Positions 17,308 through 27,905 of a stretch of 29,605 nucleotides of DNA are shown here, in pieces. Positions within the stretch are counted from its first letter, which is position 1, and the number at the start of each line of letters is the position of its first letter. Source of the stretch: a virus (lineage: Duplodnaviria; Caudoviricetes). A program made the position numbers and the translations under genes. The stretch lies in the IMG/VR virus record IMGVR_UViG_3300017913_000053, positions 1-29,605 of that record, one strand, 5' to 3'. The notes under the pieces were generated by a model. It made no database searches, was not told the DNA's origin, and worked only from the letters and a program-made list of their open reading frames with translations.

Positions 17308-17311
17308 CATT

Positions 17312-17440
17312 ATGCCTATGGTCGGTAAAAAGAAATACAGCTACACTAAAGAAGGCATGGCTAAAGCTAAGAAAGCCGCTAAGAAATCTGGTATGCCTAT
17401 GGAAGTCAAAGAAAAGCTGTCTAAGTATAAGAAGAAATAG
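17312..17440 (+). CDS. 42-aa lysine-rich protein
   Basis: MPMVGKKKYSYTKEGMAKAKKAAKK..., 15 Lys. ATG 17312 after AGGA is the likely start, not 17153. Confidence 0.7.
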   Translation: MPMVGKKKYSYTKEGMAKAKKAAKKSGMPMEVKEKLSKYKKK

Positions 17441-17442
17441 CC

Positions 17443-17742
17443 ATGTCTATTACTCATGCAGGTGAAACATTTAGGGGTATGCGAATACCAAAGAGAACGC
17501 CTAATCATCCTACTAAATCACACGCAGTGTTGATTGGTACTAAGGATAGTCCTAAGATAAAAAGGTTTGGTCAGAAGGGTGTAAAAACCAATCAGACAGA
17601 AGGACAACGCAAGGCGTTTAAATCTCGTCACCAGAAGAACATTAGTAAGGGTGAAGAATCTGCGGCATACTGGGCTAACAAGGTCAAGTGGAGTCCAAGC
17701 AAGACCCAATCTTCTTCTAAGAAATGGAAAAAAGGTAGTTAA
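17443..17742 (+). CDS. small basic phage protein
   Basis: PKRTPNHPTKSH.V, RFGQ.G, FK.RH, SAAYWA.KVKW. Confidence 0.75.
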   Translation: MSITHAGETFRGMRIPKRTPNHPTKSHAVLIGTKDSPKIKRFGQKGVKTNQTEGQRKAFKSRHQKNISKGEESAAYWANKVKWSPSKTQSSSKKWKKGS

Positions 17743-17744
17743 GT

Positions 17745-18329
17745 ATGGCACAAACAACCAAACTAGACGCAGTGAATACTATGTTATCTGCCATTGGTGA
17801 AGCACCAGTGAACAGCCTTTCCTCTGGTTTGGTTGAAGCCGAAGTAGCAGAAACTATTCTAAACACTGTTGACCGTGAAGTACAGTCTATGGGCTGGAAC
17901 TTCAACACAGAACTAAACAAATCATTTGCACAAGATACTAATGGTGAAATCCCACTAGGCACTGACATCCTACGTGCAGACGCTACGCTCAAGGCTAATA
18001 GTAAAAACCTTGTACAGCGTGGACTGAAGATGTATGATAGGAAGAAGCACACATTTAACATTGGTGCGGCAGTCAACCTTGATGTAGTAGTGCAACTAGA
18101 CTTTGATGACCTACCAGAAGTAGCCAAGCGTTACATTACGCTACGCTCTACTCGTATCTTCCAAGACCGTGTGGTAGGCTCTAACACATTGCATGAGTTT
18201 GAGCAACGTGATGAACAGATGGCTCTCATGCAACTCAAAGAATTTGACACAGAGACTGAAGACCATAACATCTTTGACAACTATGATGTATTCTCAGTCA
18301 TTGACCGACAGGGACGGAGAACATTGTAA
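17745..18329 (+). CDS. tail tubular protein A (gp11-like)
   Basis: LDAVNTML.AIGEAPV..L, VQS.GW.FN, F.DLP...RYI. Confidence 0.95.
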   Translation: MAQTTKLDAVNTMLSAIGEAPVNSLSSGLVEAEVAETILNTVDREVQSMGWNFNTELNKSFAQDTNGEIPLGTDILRADATLKANSKNLVQRGLKMYDRKKHTFNIGAAVNLDVVVQLDFDDLPEVAKRYITLRSTRIFQDRVVGSNTLHEFEQRDEQMALMQLKEFDTETEDHNIFDNYDVFSVIDRQGRRTL

Positions 18330-20668
18330 TGGCACTTATTAGTCAATCTATCCCTAACCTTATTAATGGTGTATCACAACAGCCACCCTCTCTACGCTTG
18401 AACACTCAGGCAGAACTACAAGAGAATGGGTTGTCTAGTGTAGTATCAGGTTTGTCCAAGCGTCCATGCACAGAGTATGTAGCAGACCTTGGCACTATCT
18501 CTAACCTTGATAAAGCTTTTATACATACTATCCGTAGAGATGAAAATGAGTTCTACTCTATGGTAGTAGATACTGCTGGTACTATTAGGGTGTTTGACAA
18601 AGACGGTGTATCTAAGACAGTCACAAACAATGCGTCTAGTTACCTGAATGGATTGACAGACCCTAGTAAAGAACTAGCGGCAGTATCCATTGCTGATGCT
18701 ACCTTTATTGTAAACAAAAATACTACAGTAGCTAAAGATACTACAACATCCTCTACTCGTAATCCTGAGGCTCTTGTCTATGTTAGACAAGCTGACTACT
18801 CTTCAACATATCGTCTGAAGATTACTAAGGGTGGTAGCTCTGGTACTGTAGAATTTGCAACTAAATCTAGTACACAATCTAGCACATCTTTGACACAGAA
18901 CGCAGAACGTGGTGCATCTACTGACTTGATTGCACAGAACCTCAATACGTTTGGCAGTAGCAGTGTAAGTACTACCTACTATGAAAACATTACTAATAGT
19001 GGTGCAGTAACAGGCATTAATATTACTCGTTATGGTAACGTACTACACATTCAATCTACTGACAGTACAGACTTTGTAGTAGAGGTGGGTGACTCACATG
19101 GTAACGAACACCTTAAAGTGTTTAAGGGTGAGACACCTGACTTTAAAAAGCTACCAGTAGAAGCTCCTAATGGATTTATCATTCAGATTTCAGGTGACAA
19201 CAACAAAGCACAGGATGACTATTACGTAAAGTATGACGATGGCGTATGGAAGGAAACACTCAAGGCAGGTGCATTGACATCCCTTGATAACTCTACTATG
19301 CCACATAAACTACAGAAACAAACAGATGGTACATTCATCTTTGACGAAGTAGATTACATGGATAGAAAGGTTGGGGATGATGTTACAAATTCTTTCCCTT
19401 CTTTCATTGGATTTGAGTTTAATGATATTTTCTTTCATGCTAATCGCATGGGTCTTTTGGCAGACGAGAATGTAATTCTATCTCGTGCAGGTGAGTTTGT
19501 TAACTTTGACTTCTTCCGTAAGTCTACACTAACTGTTGTGGATAGTGATGTTATCGACTTGGCAGTATCGTCAAACAAGGTTAGCATTCTTAAACATGCT
19601 GTACCATTTAACGAAAGTCTTATCCTATTCTCAGACCTGACACAGTTCAAGTTGGTGGGTGACCCACTTACTCCTGAAACTGTATCTATCAGTAACACTA
19701 CAGAGTTTGAAGCTAGTCTAACAGCCAAACCAGCCAATGCTGGTAAGTTTATGTACTTTGCTTCTAAGCGTGGTGATTTCTCAGGCATGTGGGAATACTT
19801 TGTAGATACAGACACTGATACGAATGATGCCAGTGAAATTACTGCACACGTACCAGAATATATTGACGGTGAGATTACTAATATTCAAGCCTCGTCTAAT
19901 GAGGATATGATTTTAGTACAAGCTGATGATGATTCTGAATCTTTGTATGTGTACAGATACTACTTCTCAGGTAGAGAAAAATTACAATCAGCATGGTCTA
20001 AGTGGACATTCGGTGATGATGTCATTGGTATGTCATTCAACCTTGCTGACATTATGCTACTAATTAAACGTGGTACTAACCTGCATCTTGAAAAGATTAA
20101 CTTGTCAGTAGATGATGCTGAGTCTGTTACAGATGGTGGCTTTCCTATTCTACTTGATAGACGTGTTAAGTTCAAGACAGGTGGTGTAACTACACTTCCA
20201 TATACTGCACCCTCTGACATTGAGTATGTAGACCAACGTGGTAAGATTATTAAATCTACTGACGTATCAGGACTACTATCAGATGGTGAAACAGTATATG
20301 CTGGTGTACCATATACATTTAAGTACCAGTTCTCAGAACCAGTAGTTAAGATTAACGATAGACCTGCTACAACAGCAAAGCTCAAACTACGAAGCTACGC
20401 TGTTGTGTACAACGACACTGGCTTTTTCCAAACAAAGGTCACCCCTGACAGACGTAGCACCTACACCAGTACTTTTACTGGTCGTATCGTAGGTGGAGCT
20501 TCTAACCTTCTAGGTAAGGCGGCTATTGATTCAGGGACGTATAAGTTCGGTGTACTAGCAGACAGTAAAGACACTAAGATAATACTAGAAAGTGACAATC
20601 ATTTACCCTGCTACTTCCAGTCAGCAGAGATTGAAGCTTTCTATGTACTGCGTTCACGGAGAATGTAA
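18329..20668 (+). CDS. tail tubular protein B (gp12-like)
   Basis: SQSIPNLINGVSQQP, GL.KRP, PSF.G, FF..NR, QSAWSKW. Confidence 0.95.
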   Translation: MALISQSIPNLINGVSQQPPSLRLNTQAELQENGLSSVVSGLSKRPCTEYVADLGTISNLDKAFIHTIRRDENEFYSMVVDTAGTIRVFDKDGVSKTVTNNASSYLNGLTDPSKELAAVSIADATFIVNKNTTVAKDTTTSSTRNPEALVYVRQADYSSTYRLKITKGGSSGTVEFATKSSTQSSTSLTQNAERGASTDLIAQNLNTFGSSSVSTTYYENITNSGAVTGINITRYGNVLHIQSTDSTDFVVEVGDSHGNEHLKVFKGETPDFKKLPVEAPNGFIIQISGDNNKAQDDYYVKYDDGVWKETLKAGALTSLDNSTMPHKLQKQTDGTFIFDEVDYMDRKVGDDVTNSFPSFIGFEFNDIFFHANRMGLLADENVILSRAGEFVNFDFFRKSTLTVVDSDVIDLAVSSNKVSILKHAVPFNESLILFSDLTQFKLVGDPLTPETVSISNTTEFEASLTAKPANAGKFMYFASKRGDFSGMWEYFVDTDTDTNDASEITAHVPEYIDGEITNIQASSNEDMILVQADDDSESLYVYRYYFSGREKLQSAWSKWTFGDDVIGMSFNLADIMLLIKRGTNLHLEKINLSVDDAESVTDGGFPILLDRRVKFKTGGVTTLPYTAPSDIEYVDQRGKIIKSTDVSGLLSDGETVYAGVPYTFKYQFSEPVVKINDRPATTAKLKLRSYAVVYNDTGFFQTKVTPDRRSTYTSTFTGRIVGGASNLLGKAAIDSGTYKFGVLADSKDTKIILESDNHLPCYFQSAEIEAFYVLRSRRM

Positions 20669-21117
20669 TGAAAGGTTATGTGAGGCAAAGTACTCAAGCA
20701 GATGTAGACTATCTTGCAGACAACCTGCGTGACGGTGACAGGCTTGAAGTGCTTGCCTCACATGGCAATCCTAAGACTGCACTGCAAACAGGCTTTGACG
20801 AGTCTGAAGAGTGTTGGACATTCTTAACAGAAGAAGATGAAATAGCAGGGATGTATGGACTAGGTAAGATAGATGACATGACAGGAATGCCGTGGCTTCT
20901 TACCGCCCCTGCAATACACAAGATATGGTTACCCTTTCTAAAAGGTTCTAAGAAGTGGGTAAAGGAAGCAAACGAGAAGTACCCTGTACTTACTAATTAT
21001 TGTGATGAAGAATATACTATGGCTGTTAAATGGCTACAGTTTGTAGGCTTCACCTTTATCAACAAAAACCAGATAGGTAATAAAACTTTTTTAGAGATGG
21101 TGAGGATTAAACAATGA
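20668..21117 (+). CDS. internal virion protein A (gp13-like, GNAT-like fold)
   Basis: LR..D..E, PWLL, L.NY...WL.FVGF; position after gp12. Confidence 0.8.
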   Translation: MKGYVRQSTQADVDYLADNLRDGDRLEVLASHGNPKTALQTGFDESEECWTFLTEEDEIAGMYGLGKIDDMTGMPWLLTAPAIHKIWLPFLKGSKKWVKEANEKYPVLTNYCDEEYTMAVKWLQFVGFTFINKNQIGNKTFLEMVRIKQ

Positions 21118-21698
21118 ACTACGGCATGATGGCTATACAAGGATTGAAGTTTATACAAGGGGTTCAGGCACGAAACCAAGCCTATGTAGAACAACAAGAC
21201 CTGTACAATAGAAATAGACTAGCGGCCGCCCAAGCTCGTGACCTGAAAATCCAACAGCTAAATGCACAGGCTTTTCAAACAGCAGAGGTGTACACGCAAC
21301 GTAAACAACAAACTGCTATCCAAGCTCTCAAAGCACAAGAGGCCGCAGTTGTACGTGCTACCTACGAAGGTAACAATCTTGACTTACAACTGCTAGATGT
21401 TGAAGCTCAGAAACTACGAGCAGATACTGCATACTCAGAGCAAAATACTATTGACCAAAAAAACATTGCCTATCAACGCATGGGTCTTGACGCAGAAATG
21501 AATAACAGAATTAACTCTGTTCAACAAGGTAAACAACCTCCAAGCTTTGGCATGACCATGCTTGAGGGTGCGGCTACCATGTATGCGGCTGACTACGAGT
21601 TCAATAACGAAAAGTTATTTGGTACAATCTTTGCCTCTGGGTCAGATGCTACAGGAGCTAATACTAGCGCACTGCCAGCAGTAGGGGATATTGATTAA
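21114..21698 (+). CDS. internal virion protein B (gp14-like)
   Basis: Size, Q/A-rich helical composition and synteny. Confidence 0.7.
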   Translation: MNYGMMAIQGLKFIQGVQARNQAYVEQQDLYNRNRLAAAQARDLKIQQLNAQAFQTAEVYTQRKQQTAIQALKAQEAAVVRATYEGNNLDLQLLDVEAQKLRADTAYSEQNTIDQKNIAYQRMGLDAEMNNRINSVQQGKQPPSFGMTMLEGAATMYAADYEFNNEKLFGTIFASGSDATGANTSALPAVGDID

Positions 21699-24580
21699 TG
21701 GCTGAAATTATTAAAGCACCTGAAGTTCGTCCTGTTGGTGGCATTGTAGATACGTATGTTAAACCTGTTGCACAGCCTAAACAACAGAGCCAGCTAGGAC
21801 AGTTTATGCAAGCTCTTGCCCCTGCTATTGCAGTAGAGGAAGACAAAGCTCTTAAAGAAAAACAAAAGCGTGATGCAGAGATTGCATCTGAAGAACTTAA
21901 AAACAAAGCACATCAGATTGACTTAGCTTATACTAACGTCATTCAAAAGATTGATTCAGACTTTAAAGAGAATGGTGACACTTACCTCAATGAGAATACT
22001 CATGAAGAGGTAATGGAAAAGTATAACGCATTCTGGACTAACTACTCTCAACAGATGCTTGACTCTGGTGTAGACAAACTGTTAGTAAATGGTTTCAATC
22101 GTAAGATGGAACTAGACCTTGCGGCTTTTGGTTTGAAGCTAGGTGATGCTTATCGTGTTAAGAACATTGAAAAGCAAGACGCTACACTTCTTGGTGTTAT
22201 TGGTAATATTGCTGACCCAGAAGAAGTAAAGACCAAGGCTAATAACCACATCAATGCTACAGGTGGTAATGCTGGACGTGTTAACCAAATGTTGGTTGAT
22301 GAGGCAGTACGCTTGAGTAAACTAGGTCAGGGTGCTGGACTTATCGAAGCCCTACAGACTTTTGGCAGAGATGGTACAAATATCTTTAACATTGAAAAGT
22401 ATAGGGACAGTTGGGTAACAATCCAATCTAACCTTGCTACACATGGTAAAGCAGTCGCCAACGCTAATAAAAAGGGTGCGGCTCTTTCTACTATGAATCA
22501 ATTGTTTCAGGATTACTTTGACCGTCCTGAAGGACTAAAGCTTTCTGAAAAACTGTCTATCGGTAACGAACTTACTATTGACTTAGGTAGCGGTGTTACA
22601 CATACATTTACTCCTACGTTTGACGATTACCGTCCTATGATGGAAGCGGCTTTTGCACAGGAAATGACTGATATTGAATCAGCACCTATTCCTGATACAG
22701 CTAAGACACAGCTTCGTTATGACCTTGAGCGTAAGCGTTTTGAGTTTTATCTTGACCACGGTAAAGTACCTCGTGATGTATCATCAGCAGTTACTGATGG
22801 TATTGGATACTTTACTCAGGGTAATCTTCAAGATGAAAATGTAATGCTACTTGCTGAACAAGCTTTTGACAAACTAAGACAAGTAGACGCTTACTCTGAC
22901 GGTAACTTTATTAAGCATGTACTTACTGATGCTAATGATAGAAACAGGTATAACACAGTTAAAGAACTAGTAGAAGATAATGTACCTTTACAAAAAGCTA
23001 TTGGTATTGTACAAGGTTATGTGCGGTTCAAGGAAGACCCTTACAAGTTTACTGTTGCAGAAGTACAGGATGTTATTGATACTGGCATCTTTGACTTTAC
23101 AGACTTAGATGAAACAGATGTAGTACGTAGTAATCTTATTCTTGCTGAAGAAGTTAGCGAGTATGCTACTATGTTGTACAATACAGGTACTGTTACTGAC
23201 AGAAAAGAAGCTCTTCAAAAAGCGGCTGTAACTGTAGCCAAACAGTTTATTACTGTTCGTGGCACAGGTGGACAACTAAGTGCTATCCGTCTTCAACGTG
23301 GTGATGCTAACAAGACAGCTACTGTTGATGGCATGGAAGAAGCTCTTAGAACACTACGTGATAACGGTAAGGCTATGCTTGCTATTGCTGAAATGTTTCC
23401 TGATAGAGATGTAAGTCCTGTTAGTATCTTTGGCGGTGGTAATTCATTTGACTTGATTTATGAACCAACAACTAACCCTAATGTAGTACATGTCTGGGCT
23501 GTTCGTCAGGATGACCCTAACAATCTTTCACAAGCACAGCTTATTGGTCACTATGATTTAACAAAGTCACCAGAACTAGCGGCTGAAGAATTTACCCAAC
23601 GTACTATGGAACGTCTAAACCTTCAACTAGAAGAAGAAGGCGAAGACGCTTGGTATGATAGGTTTGGTGAAAGCATCACTAGACTGTTTGGTATTTCTGA
23701 AGCTGGTGCGGCAGAACTAACACCTGAAGACATCCAACAACTTGCACAGACTGTAGAGGATGTTACACCTGCTGTTGAAGAAATGGTAGATGAAAAAGGT
23801 ATGGACTTAGGCCGTGCTGTTATGGAAGGCTTGTATCGTGCAAGAGATACAGGTGAAGAAATCTCAGCTACTATTGGTAACATCATTCGCTCTTACTTCT
23901 CTGATGAAGAGGTAGGCATTGTACTTGGTGACCAATCAGGTAAAGAAGAATTAATTCAGGCTAGAGAAAATATATCTTCAAGTAATGAAGGACATCTTTC
24001 ACAGGCGTTGAACATTGCTGTGCGTAGAGGTAAAGCTACATCAGATACAAAGCAACGTATTATTGATGAGATACTTTTGCCTATTGCTTATCATGAATCT
24101 AATAGAACACTAGACCCTGCTACGCAACAGATTGGAAGTAAGATTGCAAAAGGTATGCTTCAGATGGAAGCACCAAGAGTAGTTGCTTCTGTCAAGCGAA
24201 TGGCTCGTATTCTAAAGAAAGAAGGTAAGCCTATTCCTGATTGGGCTAAAGAAATGGTAGCGCAAGCTGACGTTACTCAACAACAGATGAAAGAAGTCCA
24301 ACGACTTGTTAATAGTCGAACAGAACCAATGACACCTGTAGAAAGAAAAGTACTCTATGAAAATCCAGTATATGATGTAAGTAAACTTACAGCAGACCAA
24401 CAGCTTGCTCTTGGTTTGTATGACATGCTTGGATACAAGGGTGACATCAATGATGTACTAGATGGTAAGATGAGTATTGAAAAGTTCTGGTCTGAGTACT
24501 GGCATCAAGGTGACAGTCCACAAGCACAGGCGGCATTCGCTTCTAACTACAGGAAGTTACAAACACTAATGGGGAACTAA
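21698..24580 (+). CDS. internal virion/ejection protein (gp15-like) with possible C-terminal lysozyme-like domain
   Basis: Synteny; N-terminal VRPV...VDTYV.P....L..L..AL; C-terminal IAYHES...Q.G...AKG.LQ.E. Confidence 0.7.
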   Translation: MAEIIKAPEVRPVGGIVDTYVKPVAQPKQQSQLGQFMQALAPAIAVEEDKALKEKQKRDAEIASEELKNKAHQIDLAYTNVIQKIDSDFKENGDTYLNENTHEEVMEKYNAFWTNYSQQMLDSGVDKLLVNGFNRKMELDLAAFGLKLGDAYRVKNIEKQDATLLGVIGNIADPEEVKTKANNHINATGGNAGRVNQMLVDEAVRLSKLGQGAGLIEALQTFGRDGTNIFNIEKYRDSWVTIQSNLATHGKAVANANKKGAALSTMNQLFQDYFDRPEGLKLSEKLSIGNELTIDLGSGVTHTFTPTFDDYRPMMEAAFAQEMTDIESAPIPDTAKTQLRYDLERKRFEFYLDHGKVPRDVSSAVTDGIGYFTQGNLQDENVMLLAEQAFDKLRQVDAYSDGNFIKHVLTDANDRNRYNTVKELVEDNVPLQKAIGIVQGYVRFKEDPYKFTVAEVQDVIDTGIFDFTDLDETDVVRSNLILAEEVSEYATMLYNTGTVTDRKEALQKAAVTVAKQFITVRGTGGQLSAIRLQRGDANKTATVDGMEEALRTLRDNGKAMLAIAEMFPDRDVSPVSIFGGGNSFDLIYEPTTNPNVVHVWAVRQDDPNNLSQAQLIGHYDLTKSPELAAEEFTQRTMERLNLQLEEEGEDAWYDRFGESITRLFGISEAGAAELTPEDIQQLAQTVEDVTPAVEEMVDEKGMDLGRAVMEGLYRARDTGEEISATIGNIIRSYFSDEEVGIVLGDQSGKEELIQARENISSSNEGHLSQALNIAVRRGKATSDTKQRIIDEILLPIAYHESNRTLDPATQQIGSKIAKGMLQMEAPRVVASVKRMARILKKEGKPIPDWAKEMVAQADVTQQQMKEVQRLVNSRTEPMTPVERKVLYENPVYDVSKLTADQQLALGLYDMLGYKGDINDVLDGKMSIEKFWSEYWHQGDSPQAQAAFASNYRKLQTLMGN

Positions 24581-27500
24581 ATGGAAGAAGAAACTAAAAA
24601 AGACGTATTCAAACGTCTTGGCTTTAGCACGTCTTACCCTTCTCCTATCGAAAGGGTTTTTAGTGATGAAGAAATCGCAGAAGCCCAGCGCAAACTAGAT
24701 AAGGAAGCTAAAGAACGTACTAAAGACATGGGTTTCTTTGACCTGTTAGGCAGACGACAAGCCACTCAGGGTACGGCTATGGAACTGTATGACTTAGTTA
24801 GAAGTCAAGGTTTCAAAGACGAAGGTGAAATTATCACCCCTGAGATGGCTGAACTGCTTACAGAGAACCTTACCAGTGAACGAGCTATTGAAGATGTTCT
24901 CAAGGCTACTAACAAACATGGTATGCAGTACGGCATGTACCTAGCTAATCAGTATCGTACATCTGACACAGTTAAAAAAGACTTGGCAGACGCAGGGTTT
25001 AAGGGCGGTGCGGCAATGCTAACCTCTGACTTACTTGACCCTGCTGATACTGCTATCATGGCTACTACTGCTTATGGTGTATCTGCTGTAGCTCCACAGT
25101 TTGCTCCTGTCACTGCTCCTGTAGCGGCAGGTGGTGCAAAAGTAGCTAGACTGTTTAGTAAGTTTAAAGATAGTCGTAAGTACTACGCAACTGCCTTTGC
25201 TGTGGGTGCTGGTGAAACTGCGGCTCTTGAATCTCTACGCTCACAGACTGACTATGACATTACAGGTGGTGATGTTGTACTTGCTTCAGCCCTTGCTGGT
25301 AGCCTTGTAACAGGTTTTGCAAAAGGCAGTGACGTTCTTGCTAGACGTGGATATGCTCAAAGCATCCTACGTAAGATGGCAGACGATGAAGAACTAAGTG
25401 CGGCAGAAGAAGCATTTGTAAAACAATACTCACCTGCTGTACAAAACCCTCAGTTTGTTAATCAAGCTCTTGAGCGTGATGACTTTAGTGTAGTTGAGAG
25501 TGCCTTTGAACAGGACACTAGAACTCTTAGAGACATTGGTGATGATGAAGCTCCTCTTGAAATGAGAGGTGGTGGTTTATCTGTACGTGGTCTTATTGCT
25601 AGTATGCCTCGCATCATGAAATCTGAAGACCAACTAGCTCGACAGCTAGGTGCAAAGCTTGGCTTGATTAGTAGCGGTCTAAAAGGAATGGCTACACCGT
25701 TTGGTGCTAACGAACTGCGTGATGCCATGCAGATGCAGGTACGTGGTCGTATGGCTAATCCCTTACGTGACATTCAAGATAGATACAAACAACAGTCTGT
25801 TGATGGTAATCTTGAAAGCCTACATGAACAAGCTACTGCTTACCTACGTTATGGTGACGAATCAGTACACCCTCTTGCTAAAGAGATGGCAGACCTCATG
25901 CGTCCAGAGATGGACAGAATGATACAGACTGCTCAGAAGTACAACGTAGCTGGTTTTATTAAAGATGCTGACATGGCTCTTGAAAACTATGTGCCTCGTT
26001 TCCGTAGTGAAAAAGCAATCAGAGATTTACAAGAACGCTATGGTAAAGATGCTGAACTGTTTGATGAGCTTGCTGAACAAGCTATCAGAGAAGGCCAGCC
26101 TAACATTGTAGCTAACATTACACGTAAGCTCAAAGACGCAGGTAAGAAGCACGATAAGAAAGCTGTAGATACTTTCATTAAGAAAATGTCAGCAGGTTAC
26201 ATTCGTAAGTTTATGGACTTAGATTCTCGTGATGGTCTTCGTTTTGGTAACAATGATATTGACCTTGAACAGTTTGAGTCATTCCTGAAACTAGACTTTG
26301 ATGAAGCAGAAATTGATATTATTATTGATACTCTGACATACTCAAAGAAAGTTAAAGGTCATAAGCGTTCACGTCCTCGTATGCAGTTAAATGAACGTGC
26401 ATCCATTACTAAGATTATCAATGGTGAAGAAGTAACTATTGCATTTGATGACTTGCTTGAAAAGAATGCTATTGCTATCTTTGATGGGTTGAACTTCCAG
26501 ATGTCAGGAGCTATTGCTCTTGCTCGTAATGGTATTGATACAAACAATGCTGGTTCTGCTTTCTCAGAACAACTTGCAATTCTACAAAGACGTGGTAAAG
26601 TAAAAGACAGTGAGCTACAAGCTCTTGAGTTTCTGTATGATACAGTCAAGGGTCAGCATGTTTACAAGTCTGGCTTTGCTCCTACTACTATTCGTAACCT
26701 TGCTCGTTTGCGTGAGTTTAGTTTTGCAGTCAGCATGGGTATGTCAGGCATGGCATCACTTATGGAACTTCCTATGGTAACTATTCCATATGGGTTTGAA
26801 GTACTACGCAAGACTGTACCACAGTTTGGTAAACTTTTCCGTGACATGAAGAATAAGGAAATACGTAGCAAGCTAGGCAGAGAAATGGCGGCTGGTACTG
26901 GTCTAGGCTCTGACGGTATCACTAACAAAGTTACTCCTATGAAGAGTAGGTTTGAGGGTGAGGGTCTTGAAGGCTTTCAGTTCAATGAAGAGTTTAATAA
27001 ACTAGATGAAGCACTAGGCTATGGACGTGTGTACATGAGCTTAATGTCTGGTCTTACAGGTGTTACAGATATTCTAAGACGTATCTCTAACTTTAACTTT
27101 GCTCATAAATGGTCACTGTATGCTGATAAAGACAAGTTACCTTTTAGTAAAGTACACAGAGAACAGCTAGGTATTACTGACGAACAAGCCAAAGACATGC
27201 TTGCTCAGATAAAACAACATCGTACCTATGGTAAGGATGGTGAACTAGAAGCTTTGAATGTAGATACTTGGGATAGAAAAGACTTGGCAGACTTGTTCTT
27301 TCTTGCCGCACGTAGAGAGGCTACTCAGAACGTGTTGGAAATGAATGCAGGTTCTGTTAATGGTACTCTTCGTAGTCCTTTAGGTATGACATTCTTTCAG
27401 TTTCTTTCGTTTCCCATCTCGTCAATGGAACAGATTACTATGCGTCTAGGTGTTCGTGCCGCTAATGGTGAAGCTATGGAAGTGTCTAAGTTGATACTTG

Positions 27501-27895
27501 CATCTACATTGTTGGGTGGTCTAATGTATGGCGCACGTAGTTACATGAACTCTATGGGCAGAAGTGACCAAGACAAGTATCTTGAAGACCGCTTTGAAAT
27601 GGCAGAAGTTCTTAAAGGTTCATTGTCTAACGTAGGTGCATTTGCTTTGGGTGGTTACGTGTATCAAGTTTCTAATGGATTACTTGACGGTAACACTAGA
27701 GCATTGACACCAGCAGGTGTATCACTTGTTACAGGCGTAGGTAAAACTCTTGGTGATGGTTACGAAAACATCTTTGGAGATAGTGACTTAACAGAATCAG
27801 AAGTACGAGGTATGTTGCGATTACTACCTTTCTCTTCGTTATACGGAGCTAGGCAAATACTTAACGGCATAGCTGATGGATTTCCAGAACAATAA
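24581..27895 (+). CDS. internal virion/ejection protein (gp16-like)
   Basis: 1104 aa before the tail fibre; NYVPR, FFQF.SF and C-terminal LLPF motifs; Ala/Gly hydrophobic segments. Confidence 0.8.
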   Translation: MEEETKKDVFKRLGFSTSYPSPIERVFSDEEIAEAQRKLDKEAKERTKDMGFFDLLGRRQATQGTAMELYDLVRSQGFKDEGEIITPEMAELLTENLTSERAIEDVLKATNKHGMQYGMYLANQYRTSDTVKKDLADAGFKGGAAMLTSDLLDPADTAIMATTAYGVSAVAPQFAPVTAPVAAGGAKVARLFSKFKDSRKYYATAFAVGAGETAALESLRSQTDYDITGGDVVLASALAGSLVTGFAKGSDVLARRGYAQSILRKMADDEELSAAEEAFVKQYSPAVQNPQFVNQALERDDFSVVESAFEQDTRTLRDIGDDEAPLEMRGGGLSVRGLIASMPRIMKSEDQLARQLGAKLGLISSGLKGMATPFGANELRDAMQMQVRGRMANPLRDIQDRYKQQSVDGNLESLHEQATAYLRYGDESVHPLAKEMADLMRPEMDRMIQTAQKYNVAGFIKDADMALENYVPRFRSEKAIRDLQERYGKDAELFDELAEQAIREGQPNIVANITRKLKDAGKKHDKKAVDTFIKKMSAGYIRKFMDLDSRDGLRFGNNDIDLEQFESFLKLDFDEAEIDIIIDTLTYSKKVKGHKRSRPRMQLNERASITKIINGEEVTIAFDDLLEKNAIAIFDGLNFQMSGAIALARNGIDTNNAGSAFSEQLAILQRRGKVKDSELQALEFLYDTVKGQHVYKSGFAPTTIRNLARLREFSFAVSMGMSGMASLMELPMVTIPYGFEVLRKTVPQFGKLFRDMKNKEIRSKLGREMAAGTGLGSDGITNKVTPMKSRFEGEGLEGFQFNEEFNKLDEALGYGRVYMSLMSGLTGVTDILRRISNFNFAHKWSLYADKDKLPFSKVHREQLGITDEQAKDMLAQIKQHRTYGKDGELEALNVDTWDRKDLADLFFLAARREATQNVLEMNAGSVNGTLRSPLGMTFFQFLSFPISSMEQITMRLGVRAANGEAMEVSKLILASTLLGGLMYGARSYMNSMGRSDQDKYLEDRFEMAEVLKGSLSNVGAFALGGYVYQVSNGLLDGNTRALTPAGVSLVTGVGKTLGDGYENIFGDSDLTESEVRGMLRLLPFSSLYGARQILNGIADGFPEQ

Positions 27896-27905
27896 AGGAT
27901 AGAAT

